Assembly: GCA_009691785.1 (NCBI GenBank)
Contig: SIAM01000006.1
Coordinates: 1,725-65,724 of the forward strand
Reading direction: 5' to 3'
DNA: 64,000 nt
DNA from: Phycisphaerales bacterium
GTDB taxonomy: Bacteria; Planctomycetota; Phycisphaerae; Phycisphaerales; SM1A02
Shown here: positions 51,743 through 62,880 of the stretch, one piece after another
Layout of the letters: each line of letters begins with the position of its first letter
Numbering within the stretch: the first letter of the stretch is position 1
The notes under the pieces: model-generated
The model's input: only the letters and a program-made list of their open reading frames with translations
Database searches by the model: none
Told to the model about the DNA's origin: nothing
Made by a program: the position numbers and the translations under genes

Positions 51743-53770
51743 ATGACATTGCACGCCGAATCCATGTTGTGTGAAGACGGTCCGCTGGCGCGGCGCTTGG
51801 TTGGTTTTGAAATGCGTCCGCAGCAAGTGGAAATGGCGAAGTTGGTTGAGGAAACCTTGACCAAGCGCGGTCGGCTTTTGGTGGAGGCTGGAACAGGCGT
51901 TGGAAAAAGTTTCGCGTATCTCATTCCAGCCATCGCGCGCGCCGTGGAGGCCAAGGAACGCGTGATTATTTCAACCAACACCATTAGTTTGCAGGAGCAG
52001 TTGATTGAAAAAGATTTGCCCTTGTTGCGCGCCGCCTCCAGCCATGAGTTCAGCGCGGTTTTAGCCAAAGGCCGCGGAAATTACGTCAGTTTGCGCCGCT
52101 TACGTTTGGCAAGCGAGCGTCAAGATCGCCTCTTTCCCGATGAGGATGAGCGCCATCTCTTGCACGCCGTTGAAGATTGGGCCACCCAAACGCGTGATGG
52201 AACATTGTCGTCGCTGCCGGTGCTTCGGCCCGAAACAATTTGGGAGCAAGTGCAAAGCGACACCCACAATTGCATGGGCAAGCGTTGTCCAACCTATGAC
52301 AAGTGCTTCTATCAATCGGCGCGCCGGCGCATGGAGAACGCGGATATTTTGGTGTGCAACCACGCGTTGTTCTTTAGCGACTTGGCCTTGCGCGCGCGTG
52401 GCCGCGGATTTCTTCCCGACTACACGCATGTGATCTTGGACGAGGCGCATGAAATAGAAACCGTGGCCAGTGAAAATTTTGGTTCGCGTTTGTCCGAAAG
52501 CGGCGTGAAACATTTCCTGCGCACGCTGGTGTCAAGCAGCGGCAAGGGCTACTTGCCGCAGTTGCGTTTGGCCAAGGCTGGCTTGGAGCGCATTGAGCAG
52601 GCGGTGCGTTGCGTGGAGTTGTGTGAGCAAGCGGCGGAGGGCATGTTCAACGACCTCTGGCAATTGTCTAAAAATGGTTCGCTTGATCCAGAGTCCGCCG
52701 GTGAGCAGCGGGTGATTGGCGCCAACGCCGTGGTGGACTGCTTGAGCGATCCCATGAAAAACATGGCGGGAATGCTGCGGTTTTTGCGCGAATCTGCCGA
52801 GGAAGCCGATCAATTTGAATTGAACGCCTTCGCCGAGCGCGCCGACGCCTTTGCAATGGCCAGCCAGTCTTTGGTGGCGCAAAATATTCCTGGATGCGTG
52901 TACTGGATTGAAGGTGGTCGAAAAAATAAACGTGGCGCGCGCGCGGCGGTGTCGCTGCAAGCGGCGGCGGTTGATGTTTCACCGTTGTTGCGCGAGCAGT
53001 TGTTCTCTAAAAATATTTCCGTGGTGCTCACTAGCGCCACGCTAGCGACCGGTTTGAACGACTTCTCGCTGGCGTCGCGGCGTTTGGGTTGCGACGACGC
53101 CAAGACCGTGCAACTTGGAAGTCCATTTGACCTTGCGCGCCAAGTGAAGTTCATCATTGACGCCACCATGCCAGATCCAACCAATCAAAATTTTGAGGCC
53201 GCGCTGGCCAATCGCATTTTGCGCCATGTGCGCGAGACAGATGGCGGCGCGTTTGTATTGTTCACCAGTTTGGCCACCATGGAGCGCGTGGCGCGCGCGG
53301 TGGAATCGGATTTCGCGCGCGACGGTCATCCGTTCTTTGTTCAGAACCGCGGCATGCCGCGCAACATTATGTTGGACCGCTTCCGCGAGGATGCGCGCAG
53401 CGTTCTGTTTGGCGTGAGCAGTTTTTGGCAGGGCGTGGATGTGCGCGGCGATGGCTTGCGTAATGTCATCATCACGCGGCTTCCATTTGAAAGTCCCGAC
53501 AAGCCGCTCACCAAGGCGCGCGGCGAGAAGTTGACCAGAGAGGGCGGTGATTCATTTCGCGACGACCAACTTCCACGCGCAATCCTGCGGTTTCGACAGG
53601 GATTTGGCCGCCTGATTCGCTCCAGCCAAGATTCAGGGCGCGTGGTTGTGCTGGATTCGCGCATTGCAAAAAAGGATTATGGTCGCGCGTTTCTCAAGGC
53701 GTTGCCCGAGGGCGTGGTTCCTGAAATTGACGAGGGCGAGGGAATTGATCCGCCAAGTTTCGACGAGTGA
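51743..53770 (+). CDS. dinG: ATP-dependent DNA helicase, DinG/XPD (DEAD_2 + Helicase_C_2) family
   Basis: Walker A EAGTGVGKSFAYL and the DEAH box ILDEAHEIE. There is a Cys cluster (HNCMGKRCPTYDKC...LVCNH) where the Fe-S domain is expected. Confidence 0.9.
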   Translation: MTLHAESMLCEDGPLARRLVGFEMRPQQVEMAKLVEETLTKRGRLLVEAGTGVGKSFAYLIPAIARAVEAKERVIISTNTISLQEQLIEKDLPLLRAASSHEFSAVLAKGRGNYVSLRRLRLASERQDRLFPDEDERHLLHAVEDWATQTRDGTLSSLPVLRPETIWEQVQSDTHNCMGKRCPTYDKCFYQSARRRMENADILVCNHALFFSDLALRARGRGFLPDYTHVILDEAHEIETVASENFGSRLSESGVKHFLRTLVSSSGKGYLPQLRLAKAGLERIEQAVRCVELCEQAAEGMFNDLWQLSKNGSLDPESAGEQRVIGANAVVDCLSDPMKNMAGMLRFLRESAEEADQFELNAFAERADAFAMASQSLVAQNIPGCVYWIEGGRKNKRGARAAVSLQAAAVDVSPLLREQLFSKNISVVLTSATLATGLNDFSLASRRLGCDDAKTVQLGSPFDLARQVKFIIDATMPDPTNQNFEAALANRILRHVRETDGGAFVLFTSLATMERVARAVESDFARDGHPFFVQNRGMPRNIMLDRFREDARSVLFGVSSFWQGVDVRGDGLRNVIITRLPFESPDKPLTKARGEKLTREGGDSFRDDQLPRAILRFRQGFGRLIRSSQDSGRVVVLDSRIAKKDYGRAFLKALPEGVVPEIDEGEGIDPPSFDE

Positions 53771-55069
53771 TCACGCCTTGATGATGGAGGTCTTGGCGAA
53801 AGTTCCACCTAAAATTTTCGCGCTTGGCGCCTTGAGCCACTCATCAAGAATGTTGGCGTAGACGCCGCGGAAATCTTGTTTGAACTTCAAGTCGCCGCTG
53901 TCCAAGTCCGTCAGGCTTGGATGCTCGCCGTGCACGCCAGCTTTCACCTTGGAGCCAATCACAAACATGGGCGCGGCGGTTCCGTGATCGGTTCCGCCGC
54001 TGGCATTTTGTTTCACGCGCCGGCCAAATTCGCTGAACACCATGCTGATCACACGGTCCTCGGCGTGTTGCGCCGCCAATTCTTTTTGGAACGCGGCCAA
54101 CGCATCACCCACTTGTTGCAACGCGCGGCCGTGGCTTGCAAGTTGGCCACCATGCGTGTCATAGCCCCCTTGGGAAACGTAGTACACGCGCGTTGGCATT
54201 CCATCGCGAATCAGCGCGGAAACAATGCGAAGTTGATTGGCGATTTCGGATTGTGGCCAGGTGGTGAGTGATGGTTTACCCACAGCGGCGCGAATTCGAT
54301 CGCTGCCCAACTGCGCGTCAAGCGCGGTGCGCATTAAGAATGCCGCCTGACTTGTCTCTGCGGTCTCGGGCAAAATGCCGGCGCGGTTGATCTGCTGATA
54401 TGGATCATCCAAACTCTTGTGCAAATCCTTTCCCAGCCAGCGAAACAACTCCGCGCTTTCAAATGAAATTGGTTTTTGTATTTGGCCATTGAGCGCCAGA
54501 GGAGCGGTGCGTCCAATACTGATGGAGCCTTCAGGAATTGGAGTGCCGTTGCATGTGTTGTCAAAGTAGCGACCGATCCAACCGTTGCCCTTAGCGCCAG
54601 TGTTGGCGGTTTGCCAAATATCCATGCTGGTGAAGTGGCTGCGATTTGGATTTGGATATCCCACTCCTTGCAGCACCGCCAACTTTCCATCGTCATATAA
54701 ACCTTTCAAGCCCTTGAGCGACGGGTTCAAACCAAGTCCGCGTTTTTGATCAAGCATCAACGCCACGCCAGTCTGTCCCTTGGCCGTGCCGTTGGGTGCG
54801 GGAATTCCAATGGTGGGCCGCGCGTTGTAATACTCGTTCATTCCAAAGGGAATCACGGTGTTTAGCCCATCATTTCCACCGCCAAGTTGCACCACAACCA
54901 GAATGCGGTCCTGAGGAAGTCCGGCGCCGCCAGGATTGCCCGCCAGTTGCGCCACCATTCCAAGGGCCGAATTTTGTATGAACTGCGGAATGGTTGTGGC
55001 CATGCTGGCAAGCGCCACGCCATGACGCATGAACAGTCGCCGCGAATATGGAAAATTGTTTTCACTCAT
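53771..55069 (-). CDS. DUF1501 domain protein (sulfatase/phosphatase-like fold) with Tat signal
   Basis: SRRLFMRHGVALASMA twin-arginine leader, with QLGGGNDGLN, GGYDTHG and TDHG motifs typical of DUF1501. Confidence 0.88.
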   Translation of the reverse strand: MSENNFPYSRRLFMRHGVALASMATTIPQFIQNSALGMVAQLAGNPGGAGLPQDRILVVVQLGGGNDGLNTVIPFGMNEYYNARPTIGIPAPNGTAKGQTGVALMLDQKRGLGLNPSLKGLKGLYDDGKLAVLQGVGYPNPNRSHFTSMDIWQTANTGAKGNGWIGRYFDNTCNGTPIPEGSISIGRTAPLALNGQIQKPISFESAELFRWLGKDLHKSLDDPYQQINRAGILPETAETSQAAFLMRTALDAQLGSDRIRAAVGKPSLTTWPQSEIANQLRIVSALIRDGMPTRVYYVSQGGYDTHGGQLASHGRALQQVGDALAAFQKELAAQHAEDRVISMVFSEFGRRVKQNASGGTDHGTAAPMFVIGSKVKAGVHGEHPSLTDLDSGDLKFKQDFRGVYANILDEWLKAPSAKILGGTFAKTSIIKA

Positions 55070-55093
55070 GCTTTGCTCCTAAACAATTTAGCG

Positions 55094-56590
55094 CTAACAC
55101 AGTTGGTACTCCGGCATGGCCGTTGTTAAAGCAAGCACGGCAATGATTCGATCATTGTCCAAGCGCTCGCCGCGGCTTTTGGCGAAGGCCATGACTTGTT
55201 GAAGCCGCAATGGCGATGGGGACTGCGCCAAAGTAAATCGCAGCAAATATTCAATGCCGCTTGCCATGTCCACGCTTCCGTCGGGTTGGCGCAAGTGGTC
55301 CACTAAATGCGTGGCGTTAAATGGAATGTCGCTGGCTTGCCATTCGTACATGTCCGGTTTGCGACCGGTAAGCAAATACACCAACACATTTTGGCGAATG
55401 AACATAGTGCTGGTGTTAATCCAACTGCGCCCGCCGTCCCAGCCTTTGACATTGGGCGGAAAGAAAACATTTTGTCCCATCAAGTCGGTGGCGCTTGCCA
55501 GCGCGCTGAGTTCGCGCACGGGCGTGCGCAGGCTGCGCACGGCTTGCACCGTCAGTTGAATGGGGCTCTTAATAATGGCGCCACGATTGGCCGCGCTGTA
55601 GAAGTAGGCGCTTGAAAAAACCGCGTCAAGCAGCGGTTTGAGCTCATATTTGCTGGCGCGCAGTTTGTTGGCCATGGCCAGAATGAACGCCTTCTGCTCT
55701 TTGGAAGGTTCGCCTGGCACATCATTGACAAAAAACTTGAACAACTTTCCAGCTATGAATTCCGCGCACTCGTTGCGCGCCAGAATGACATCCAAAAATC
55801 CATCGCCATCAAATTGGCCGCTCTTGCCCATGATGTTCTTGGTTGATGTGTCATGATTGTTGGTGTTGAAATAAAATGTGTCGTCCTGAAATGTGTAGCC
55901 AGTCAACGCCAGGGCGCCAGCCTTAATGTCGGCCTCGGTGTAGCCATGGCCTTCACCAAGGGTGAACAATTCCATCAGTTCGCGCGCCAGATTCTCATTT
56001 GGTTTGGACTTTTGGTTCTCATCGTTGTCCAAATATTTCAGCATGGCTGGATCGCGAATGATTCTGTGCGCCAATTGCGCGAAGTTGCCGGTGGCAAATT
56101 TGCGAAAGAGTTGGTTCTGCTGGAACATGTGAAAGCTGTCTTCAATGGTGCGATAGCCGGTGGCGAAATGTCCGTGATAAAACAGCGTCATCTTCTCCTC
56201 CAGCGGCCGCGGAGTTTCAATCATGCGCTGCATCCACCACTTTTGCAGTTCGGCGATCTGCTTGCGGTCTAGACCTTGCTTGCGTTGGCGCTCGCGTTGC
56301 AGCGCGGCCAACGCTTCCTCATCATTGGATTGACGCGCTTTTTGATTTGTTATGCGCTGCTCATTCGTTGGAGGGGCCATGATGCCGTTGTCAAAAAGAT
56401 CGGCTTTGACCGCCTCGCTTGGCTGAGATTCGTATTTCACCAATTGATCGACGGCTTTGTTCAAGCCTATGTCGGCAAGAACGCGCGCCTGCGCTGGCGT
56501 GCCACCAAAGCCCGCGCGATTCAGTAGATGAACCGCGGCGTCATAGTCGAAGGCTTTTTCGGGCAAAGGTTTGAGAGCGTCTTCAAACAT
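55094..56590 (-). CDS. DUF1800 domain protein
   Basis: HLLNRAGFGGTP near the N-terminus, WWMQRMI, and ELMELFTLGEGHGYTEADI, all typical of DUF1800. It lies immediately upstream of DUF1501, the usual pairing. Confidence 0.85.
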   Translation of the reverse strand: MFEDALKPLPEKAFDYDAAVHLLNRAGFGGTPAQARVLADIGLNKAVDQLVKYESQPSEAVKADLFDNGIMAPPTNEQRITNQKARQSNDEEALAALQRERQRKQGLDRKQIAELQKWWMQRMIETPRPLEEKMTLFYHGHFATGYRTIEDSFHMFQQNQLFRKFATGNFAQLAHRIIRDPAMLKYLDNDENQKSKPNENLARELMELFTLGEGHGYTEADIKAGALALTGYTFQDDTFYFNTNNHDTSTKNIMGKSGQFDGDGFLDVILARNECAEFIAGKLFKFFVNDVPGEPSKEQKAFILAMANKLRASKYELKPLLDAVFSSAYFYSAANRGAIIKSPIQLTVQAVRSLRTPVRELSALASATDLMGQNVFFPPNVKGWDGGRSWINTSTMFIRQNVLVYLLTGRKPDMYEWQASDIPFNATHLVDHLRQPDGSVDMASGIEYLLRFTLAQSPSPLRLQQVMAFAKSRGERLDNDRIIAVLALTTAMPEYQLC

Positions 56591-56698
56591 TCAGAGTCCT
56601 TTTGTACTGTAACGCGCACAATCGATCTAATTCAATGTCTAAGTTATTCAATTTCTCGACAGGTCCTAACCATCTTCAACTCATGTAAACATTCGCAA

Positions 56699-57964
56699 TC
56701 ATGCGTTCGAACGCCCTTCATCAACTGCAATTTCAGGCTCTTTGATTAAATTGTCACTTTGCCACAGAGCGGCAATCACAATCACACCCAAGGACATAAG
56801 TAAATAAGAAGTTCTCGCCCCCACCATGCCGAGCTCGGCCGCCACGGTCGCCACAAAGATGGCTGGCCACGCCACGGCAGCGGGGACCCGCCGCAATTTC
56901 AACAGCAGCCACGCGGGGAAAATGATTCCGTAAAAACCAAGCCAGCGCAAGTAGGTCGCTTCACCGGCGCTTGTGACGGAGGAAACGGACGCAAGCAGTT
57001 CGTTTGCCGGCATCAACACTGGAACATCCACGGTGATCGCGGTGAGCAAGTCAAGCGCCAATCGTCCCAGCGCCATGCCCGCTACTGGCAAGGCTAAAAA
57101 ACTTGCAAATCGAATGAAATTGCTTCGACCCATGGAACTTGGAAACCACGCGGGCGCGCCTGGCCAACTGCGAAGCGAAGCGGGGCTGGTCACTGAAACC
57201 ATGGCGCACATGGTGAAGGTTGTTTGCACAATAATTTGCGCCGCAATAGGCCACGCCAACATCATGAGTCCAGTGGCCGCGTTGAATGTGCTTGCGGCAA
57301 AAATAAGTTGAGCCGCGAATGCAACGCCAAACACCGCGAAGCAATGTCGGCTTGGACTTTGTTGCAGCGCGCGGTGGAATGTTGGATCAAGCGCGGGGCA
57401 CAGCAAGAATCCAAACGCCATGAATGGCGCCACCCACGCCAATGACATTGGAGTCATGGTTCCAATCACGGGTGGATCGTTCAGCGCGCCCAAGCCGCAT
57501 TGTGCGAAGAACACAAAACTTGCAATGGCGCACACAGTTCCGGCGATGGTCCAGAAGCGTGCGCCGCATGGAAATATTAAAAATAAAAGCGGCAAGAGCC
57601 TGCACAGGTCGGACCAATTTACCGATGTGCCAAGCAGTCCTTGCATGCCCAATCTGCGGTCGGCCCATGATCCAAACCACGATTGAAACGCGATGGTGAC
57701 CCACGCGAACCAGCGAATGCTGGGGGCATATTGCGCCACAAATCGGCGGCTGGTTTCTGGTGTGAATAGATATCCAAATGCGACGCACCCAAGAATATTT
57801 GGCACTGCAAATGCGACAAATCCTGGCCAACCCCACCAACGCAAAAGCAGAATGGGAAAAAACATGCCAACGCACCAAGTCCAACTACTGGCTAAATACA
57901 AGCCCCAACCCACAATTTCAACGGATCGTCGCATGCGCACATCATGACCGCAACACGCGGACAT
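56699..57964 (-). CDS. Trp-rich polytopic membrane protein (hypothetical, ~10-12 TM)
   Basis: ORF 56699..58330 in the track. I trimmed it to ATG 57964 (MSACCGHD...) because the upstream part overlaps the better-supported 57972..58607 gene in another frame. No family recognised. Confidence 0.55.
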   Translation of the reverse strand: MSACCGHDVRMRRSVEIVGWGLYLASSWTWCVGMFFPILLLRWWGWPGFVAFAVPNILGCVAFGYLFTPETSRRFVAQYAPSIRWFAWVTIAFQSWFGSWADRRLGMQGLLGTSVNWSDLCRLLPLLFLIFPCGARFWTIAGTVCAIASFVFFAQCGLGALNDPPVIGTMTPMSLAWVAPFMAFGFLLCPALDPTFHRALQQSPSRHCFAVFGVAFAAQLIFAASTFNAATGLMMLAWPIAAQIIVQTTFTMCAMVSVTSPASLRSWPGAPAWFPSSMGRSNFIRFASFLALPVAGMALGRLALDLLTAITVDVPVLMPANELLASVSSVTSAGEATYLRWLGFYGIIFPAWLLLKLRRVPAAVAWPAIFVATVAAELGMVGARTSYLLMSLGVIVIAALWQSDNLIKEPEIAVDEGRSNA

Positions 57965-57971
57965 GTCGAGG

Positions 57972-58607
57972 TCACTCGTCGGTGGAATTGGTGGTGGCGG
58001 TGTCAAGCTCCGTGACTTTTTTCGACTTGCGAAGCGCGCGCGCCTTGGCCATGGATTTGGGCGTGCAGTGGAACACAATCTGGCAACGACCCACACGCTT
58101 GTCGCCGCGTTGCTTGCCCATTTGCTGATGGATGTTGATGGCCAAAATGATGTTGAATTCGCCGCCGACTTTGACCAACGCATCAATGTCTTGTTCGGCG
58201 GTGATGTCATACAAAGCCGGACCAACGCATGGACGCAGGAATCGATATTCCATTTTCTTGCACACCACAAAATAGTCGCTGCCCACTTTTCCAAACAGGA
58301 ACAAGCCCGCGGCGACTTCGCTGTTGCCAAGCAACGCGGCGCCCGCCATGGCGTTGTACCAATTTCTATTGGCGCGGCTAAATGGAAGCAACGCCGTGAA
58401 GCGGTTGGAATCCACGCGGCGCATGGTGATGCCCGATCGAAACGCGAAGGGCAACCAAATCAAGCTGCACACTTTTTGCCAGAACCAATTGCGTGTGCTC
58501 AAGCGGCTAATGAAAGCCTCGGCGCGCTCGGCCATGGTCCGCTTGACAACCACCGGCGTGCTTGATTCCACATTGACAAAATTGGATGGCGCGGGGGCAC
58601 TGCTCAC
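57972..58607 (-). CDS. hot-dog fold protein, DUF4442/YiiD_C-like putative thioesterase
   Basis: LPFAFRSGITMRRVD...ANRNWYNAMAGAALLGNSEVAAGLFLF...VCKKMEYRFLRP resembles DUF4442. Recognition is from memory only. Confidence 0.5.
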   Translation of the reverse strand: MSSAPAPSNFVNVESSTPVVVKRTMAERAEAFISRLSTRNWFWQKVCSLIWLPFAFRSGITMRRVDSNRFTALLPFSRANRNWYNAMAGAALLGNSEVAAGLFLFGKVGSDYFVVCKKMEYRFLRPCVGPALYDITAEQDIDALVKVGGEFNIILAINIHQQMGKQRGDKRVGRCQIVFHCTPKSMAKARALRKSKKVTELDTATTNSTDE

Positions 58608-58719
58608 AAATTCATCTTAGTCGCAGTTCATGAAGGCTTCTAGTGGGAAATACGCATTTTTTGCCTATGAAACACAAGGCAAACATAATGGAACCTTGGC
58701 GAGTTAGGCTTGCAACGCA

Positions 58720-59541
58720 ATGTCAAAGCGCAATCTTGCAGTGTGCTCATGGAGTCTGCGCCCGCATGATCCCGCGGAATTACTTGAGCGATTGCGCGCC
58801 ACTGGCATGAACCGAGTGCAGTTGGCGCTGGCTCCAATGGTGGCGCAACCAGAAATTTGGCGCGGCGTGATTGATGTTCTACGCGCCAATAAAATTGTTA
58901 TTGAGAGTGGAATGTTGGCAATGGCCAGCGAGGATTATGCATCCATCGCGCGCATCCGTGAGACAGGCGGCGTTCGTCCTGACGCGCATTGGCCGGCTAA
59001 TCGAGCACGCGCCGCGCACGTGGCGGACATTGCCAAAGAATACGGCATTTCGCTGGTTACTTTTCACGCAGGTTTTTTGCCAGAACATGCTGGCGACCCA
59101 GCGCGCGCCACAATGATCACTCGTCTGCGCGAGGTGATTGATTTGTTTGCCAACGCCGGCGTGCGGGTTGCGTTTGAAACTGGACAGGAAAGCGCGGACA
59201 CTTTGAATGGCGTGCTTGATGAACTTGAGCGCGCGAATGTGGGCGTGAATTTTGATCCCGCCAACATGCTGTTGTATGGTTTGGACGACCCAATTGCGGC
59301 GTTTAAAAAACTTCTGTCGCGGGTGCGCCAAGTGCATGCCAAGGATGCGATTGGCAGTGGAAAAAACGATGTCTGGGGCAGGGAAACCGCGATTGGTGCG
59401 GGGCAAGTGCCGTGGAAGGAGTTCATGTGGTTGGTCTCAACTCTGCCAAGCGAGGTGGCCGTGGTGATTGAGCGCGAAGGTGGCGAGCGGCGCGTGGAGG
59501 AAATTGTGGCGGCAAAAAACTTCCTGCAACCTATGCTCTAG
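58720..59541 (+). CDS. sugar phosphate isomerase/epimerase (xylose isomerase-like TIM barrel)
   Basis: VCSWSL, TFHAGF, AFETGQES, NFDPANMLLYG and VHAKD blocks typical of the family. Confidence 0.8.
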   Translation: MSKRNLAVCSWSLRPHDPAELLERLRATGMNRVQLALAPMVAQPEIWRGVIDVLRANKIVIESGMLAMASEDYASIARIRETGGVRPDAHWPANRARAAHVADIAKEYGISLVTFHAGFLPEHAGDPARATMITRLREVIDLFANAGVRVAFETGQESADTLNGVLDELERANVGVNFDPANMLLYGLDDPIAAFKKLLSRVRQVHAKDAIGSGKNDVWGRETAIGAGQVPWKEFMWLVSTLPSEVAVVIEREGGERRVEEIVAAKNFLQPML

Positions 59542-59556
59542 CCAAGAGGTCAACGT

Positions 59557-59841
59557 ATGCCAACGTATGTCTATGAAGTCATCATGCCAAATGGAGAAGC
59601 TGGCGAGCGCTTTGAAGTTTTTCAACCGCTGAGCGATGCCGCGCTGCAGAAGCATCCAGAAACTGGTGCGCCGGTTCGCCGCGCCATTGTGTTGCCGCAA
59701 GTGCAAACAACATCCGACAAGGGTCGCTATTCAAAATCAAATTTGGAGCGTCTTGGTTTGTCCCGATTTGAAAAGCGCGGCGATGGCCACTACGAGAAGA
59801 CCGCGGGCCAAGGTCCCGACGCGATTTCCGCTGGTGATTAG
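59557..59841 (+). CDS. FmdB-family-like small protein lacking the zinc-ribbon cysteines
   Basis: MPTYVYEV..GERFEVFQPLSDAALQKHPETGAPVRRAI parallels the FmdB consensus MPxYEYxCxxCGxxFEVxQ...CPxCGG. No Cys is present. Confidence 0.5.
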   Translation: MPTYVYEVIMPNGEAGERFEVFQPLSDAALQKHPETGAPVRRAIVLPQVQTTSDKGRYSKSNLERLGLSRFEKRGDGHYEKTAGQGPDAISAGD

Positions 59842-61908
<2,067 letters not shown>

Positions 61909-61976
61909 AGTTCGCGGGCGCGATTGTGCGAATATGTTGTGGCGGTTGAACTTGCAAGCGTTCTTTCGCCAATACT

Positions 61977-62006
61977 AAAATAAGCGGCTTGACCCGCTTA
62001 TTTCTT
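61977..62006. terminator. bidirectional rho-independent terminator overlapping the PPIase stop codon
   Basis: AATAAGCGG-CTTGAC-CCGCTTATT is a perfect 9-bp stem (61979-61987 and 61994-62002), flanked by AAAA on the left and TTTCTT on the right. It lies between the convergent ligA and PPIase genes. Confidence 0.7.
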
Positions 62007-62795
62007 GGTTGCTGGTGGACCAGGCAACGGCCGAATGGAGATGATTTCCACGGTTTCCACGGGCACATCGCCCATCTTTGTTTTTATATTCACACAGGTT
62101 TTTACAGCGCGAATCACATCGACCACTTCCATGCCGTCAATGACTTTGCCAAACACCGCGTAGCCAGGATTGCGACCGTTGGCGTTGAGAAACTGATTGT
62201 CGACCGTGTTGATAAAGAATTGGCTGGTGGCGGAATTTGGATCGTTGGTACGAGCCATGGCAAGAGTGCCGCGGGTATTGAGCAAGCCGTTTTGGCCTTC
62301 GTTGACAATCGGAGCGTTGGTGGACTTTTGCGTCATGTCGCTTGTGAAACCTCCGCCTTGAATCATGAAGTCGCGAATCACGCGGTGAAAGATTGTGCTG
62401 TCGTAGTAATTTGCATTCACATACGCCATAAAATTTTCAACACTCTTTGGCGCCATCTTGTGATCAAGCTCCATAACTACATCGCCCTTGTTGGTCTTCA
62501 TGACCACATACATCATGTCAGACATTGGCATGGGCGCTCTTGCGGCAAGGGTTGCTGCTGGCGCAGGTGGCGCAATAGGTTTTGCAGGCGCAATTGGAGC
62601 GGCGGGTTCGGTTGCTGCAACTGCTTTTGCTGGCGCAACAGGTACTGGCGCAACAGGTACTGGCGCAACGGCTGGAGTTGGCGCGGAAGTAGCGGCGGCT
62701 TCCGGCGCTGCATTGCATGAACTTAGAAATGCTGTTGCGCAAAATAGACCAAATACAAGGACGGTTTGAAGTGATTTGTGCATGTGGTTTCGCAT
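61998..62795 (-). CDS. cyclophilin-type peptidyl-prolyl cis-trans isomerase, lipoprotein with Pro/Ala/Val-rich linker
   Basis: FHRVIRDFMIQGGGF and MARTNDPNSATSQFFIN. Start at ATG 62795 or 62783, followed by the lipobox-like AFLSSC. The upstream track codons are not needed. Confidence 0.9.
   Translation of the reverse strand: MRNHMHKSLQTVLVFGLFCATAFLSSCNAAPEAAATSAPTPAVAPVPVAPVPVAPAKAVAATEPAAPIAPAKPIAPPAPAATLAARAPMPMSDMMYVVMKTNKGDVVMELDHKMAPKSVENFMAYVNANYYDSTIFHRVIRDFMIQGGGFTSDMTQKSTNAPIVNEGQNGLLNTRGTLAMARTNDPNSATSQFFINTVDNQFLNANGRNPGYAVFGKVIDGMEVVDVIRAVKTCVNIKTKMGDVPVETVEIISIRPLPGPPATKK
62632..62670 (-). repeat. 15-bp in-frame tandem repeat x2.6 (plus-strand GGCGCAACAGGTACT; peptide PVAPV)
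   Basis: Read directly. It encodes the AVAPVPVAPVPVAPA linker of the PPIase. Confidence 0.85.
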
Positions 62796-62880
62796 AGGGG
62801 CAATATGATAACCATTTTTAGGCGCATGGAATATCGTGTGGCTTGCCTTGCAATGCCCTCGTAGAATCGACTCTCCACCC

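Noticed and set aside
57965-58330. Upstream 122 codons of track ORF 56699..58330
   Set aside because: It overlaps the DUF4442-like gene (57972..58607) in another frame, and the translation there is Ser/Pro/Arg-rich with no helices. ATG 57964 immediately precedes the first transmembrane segment.
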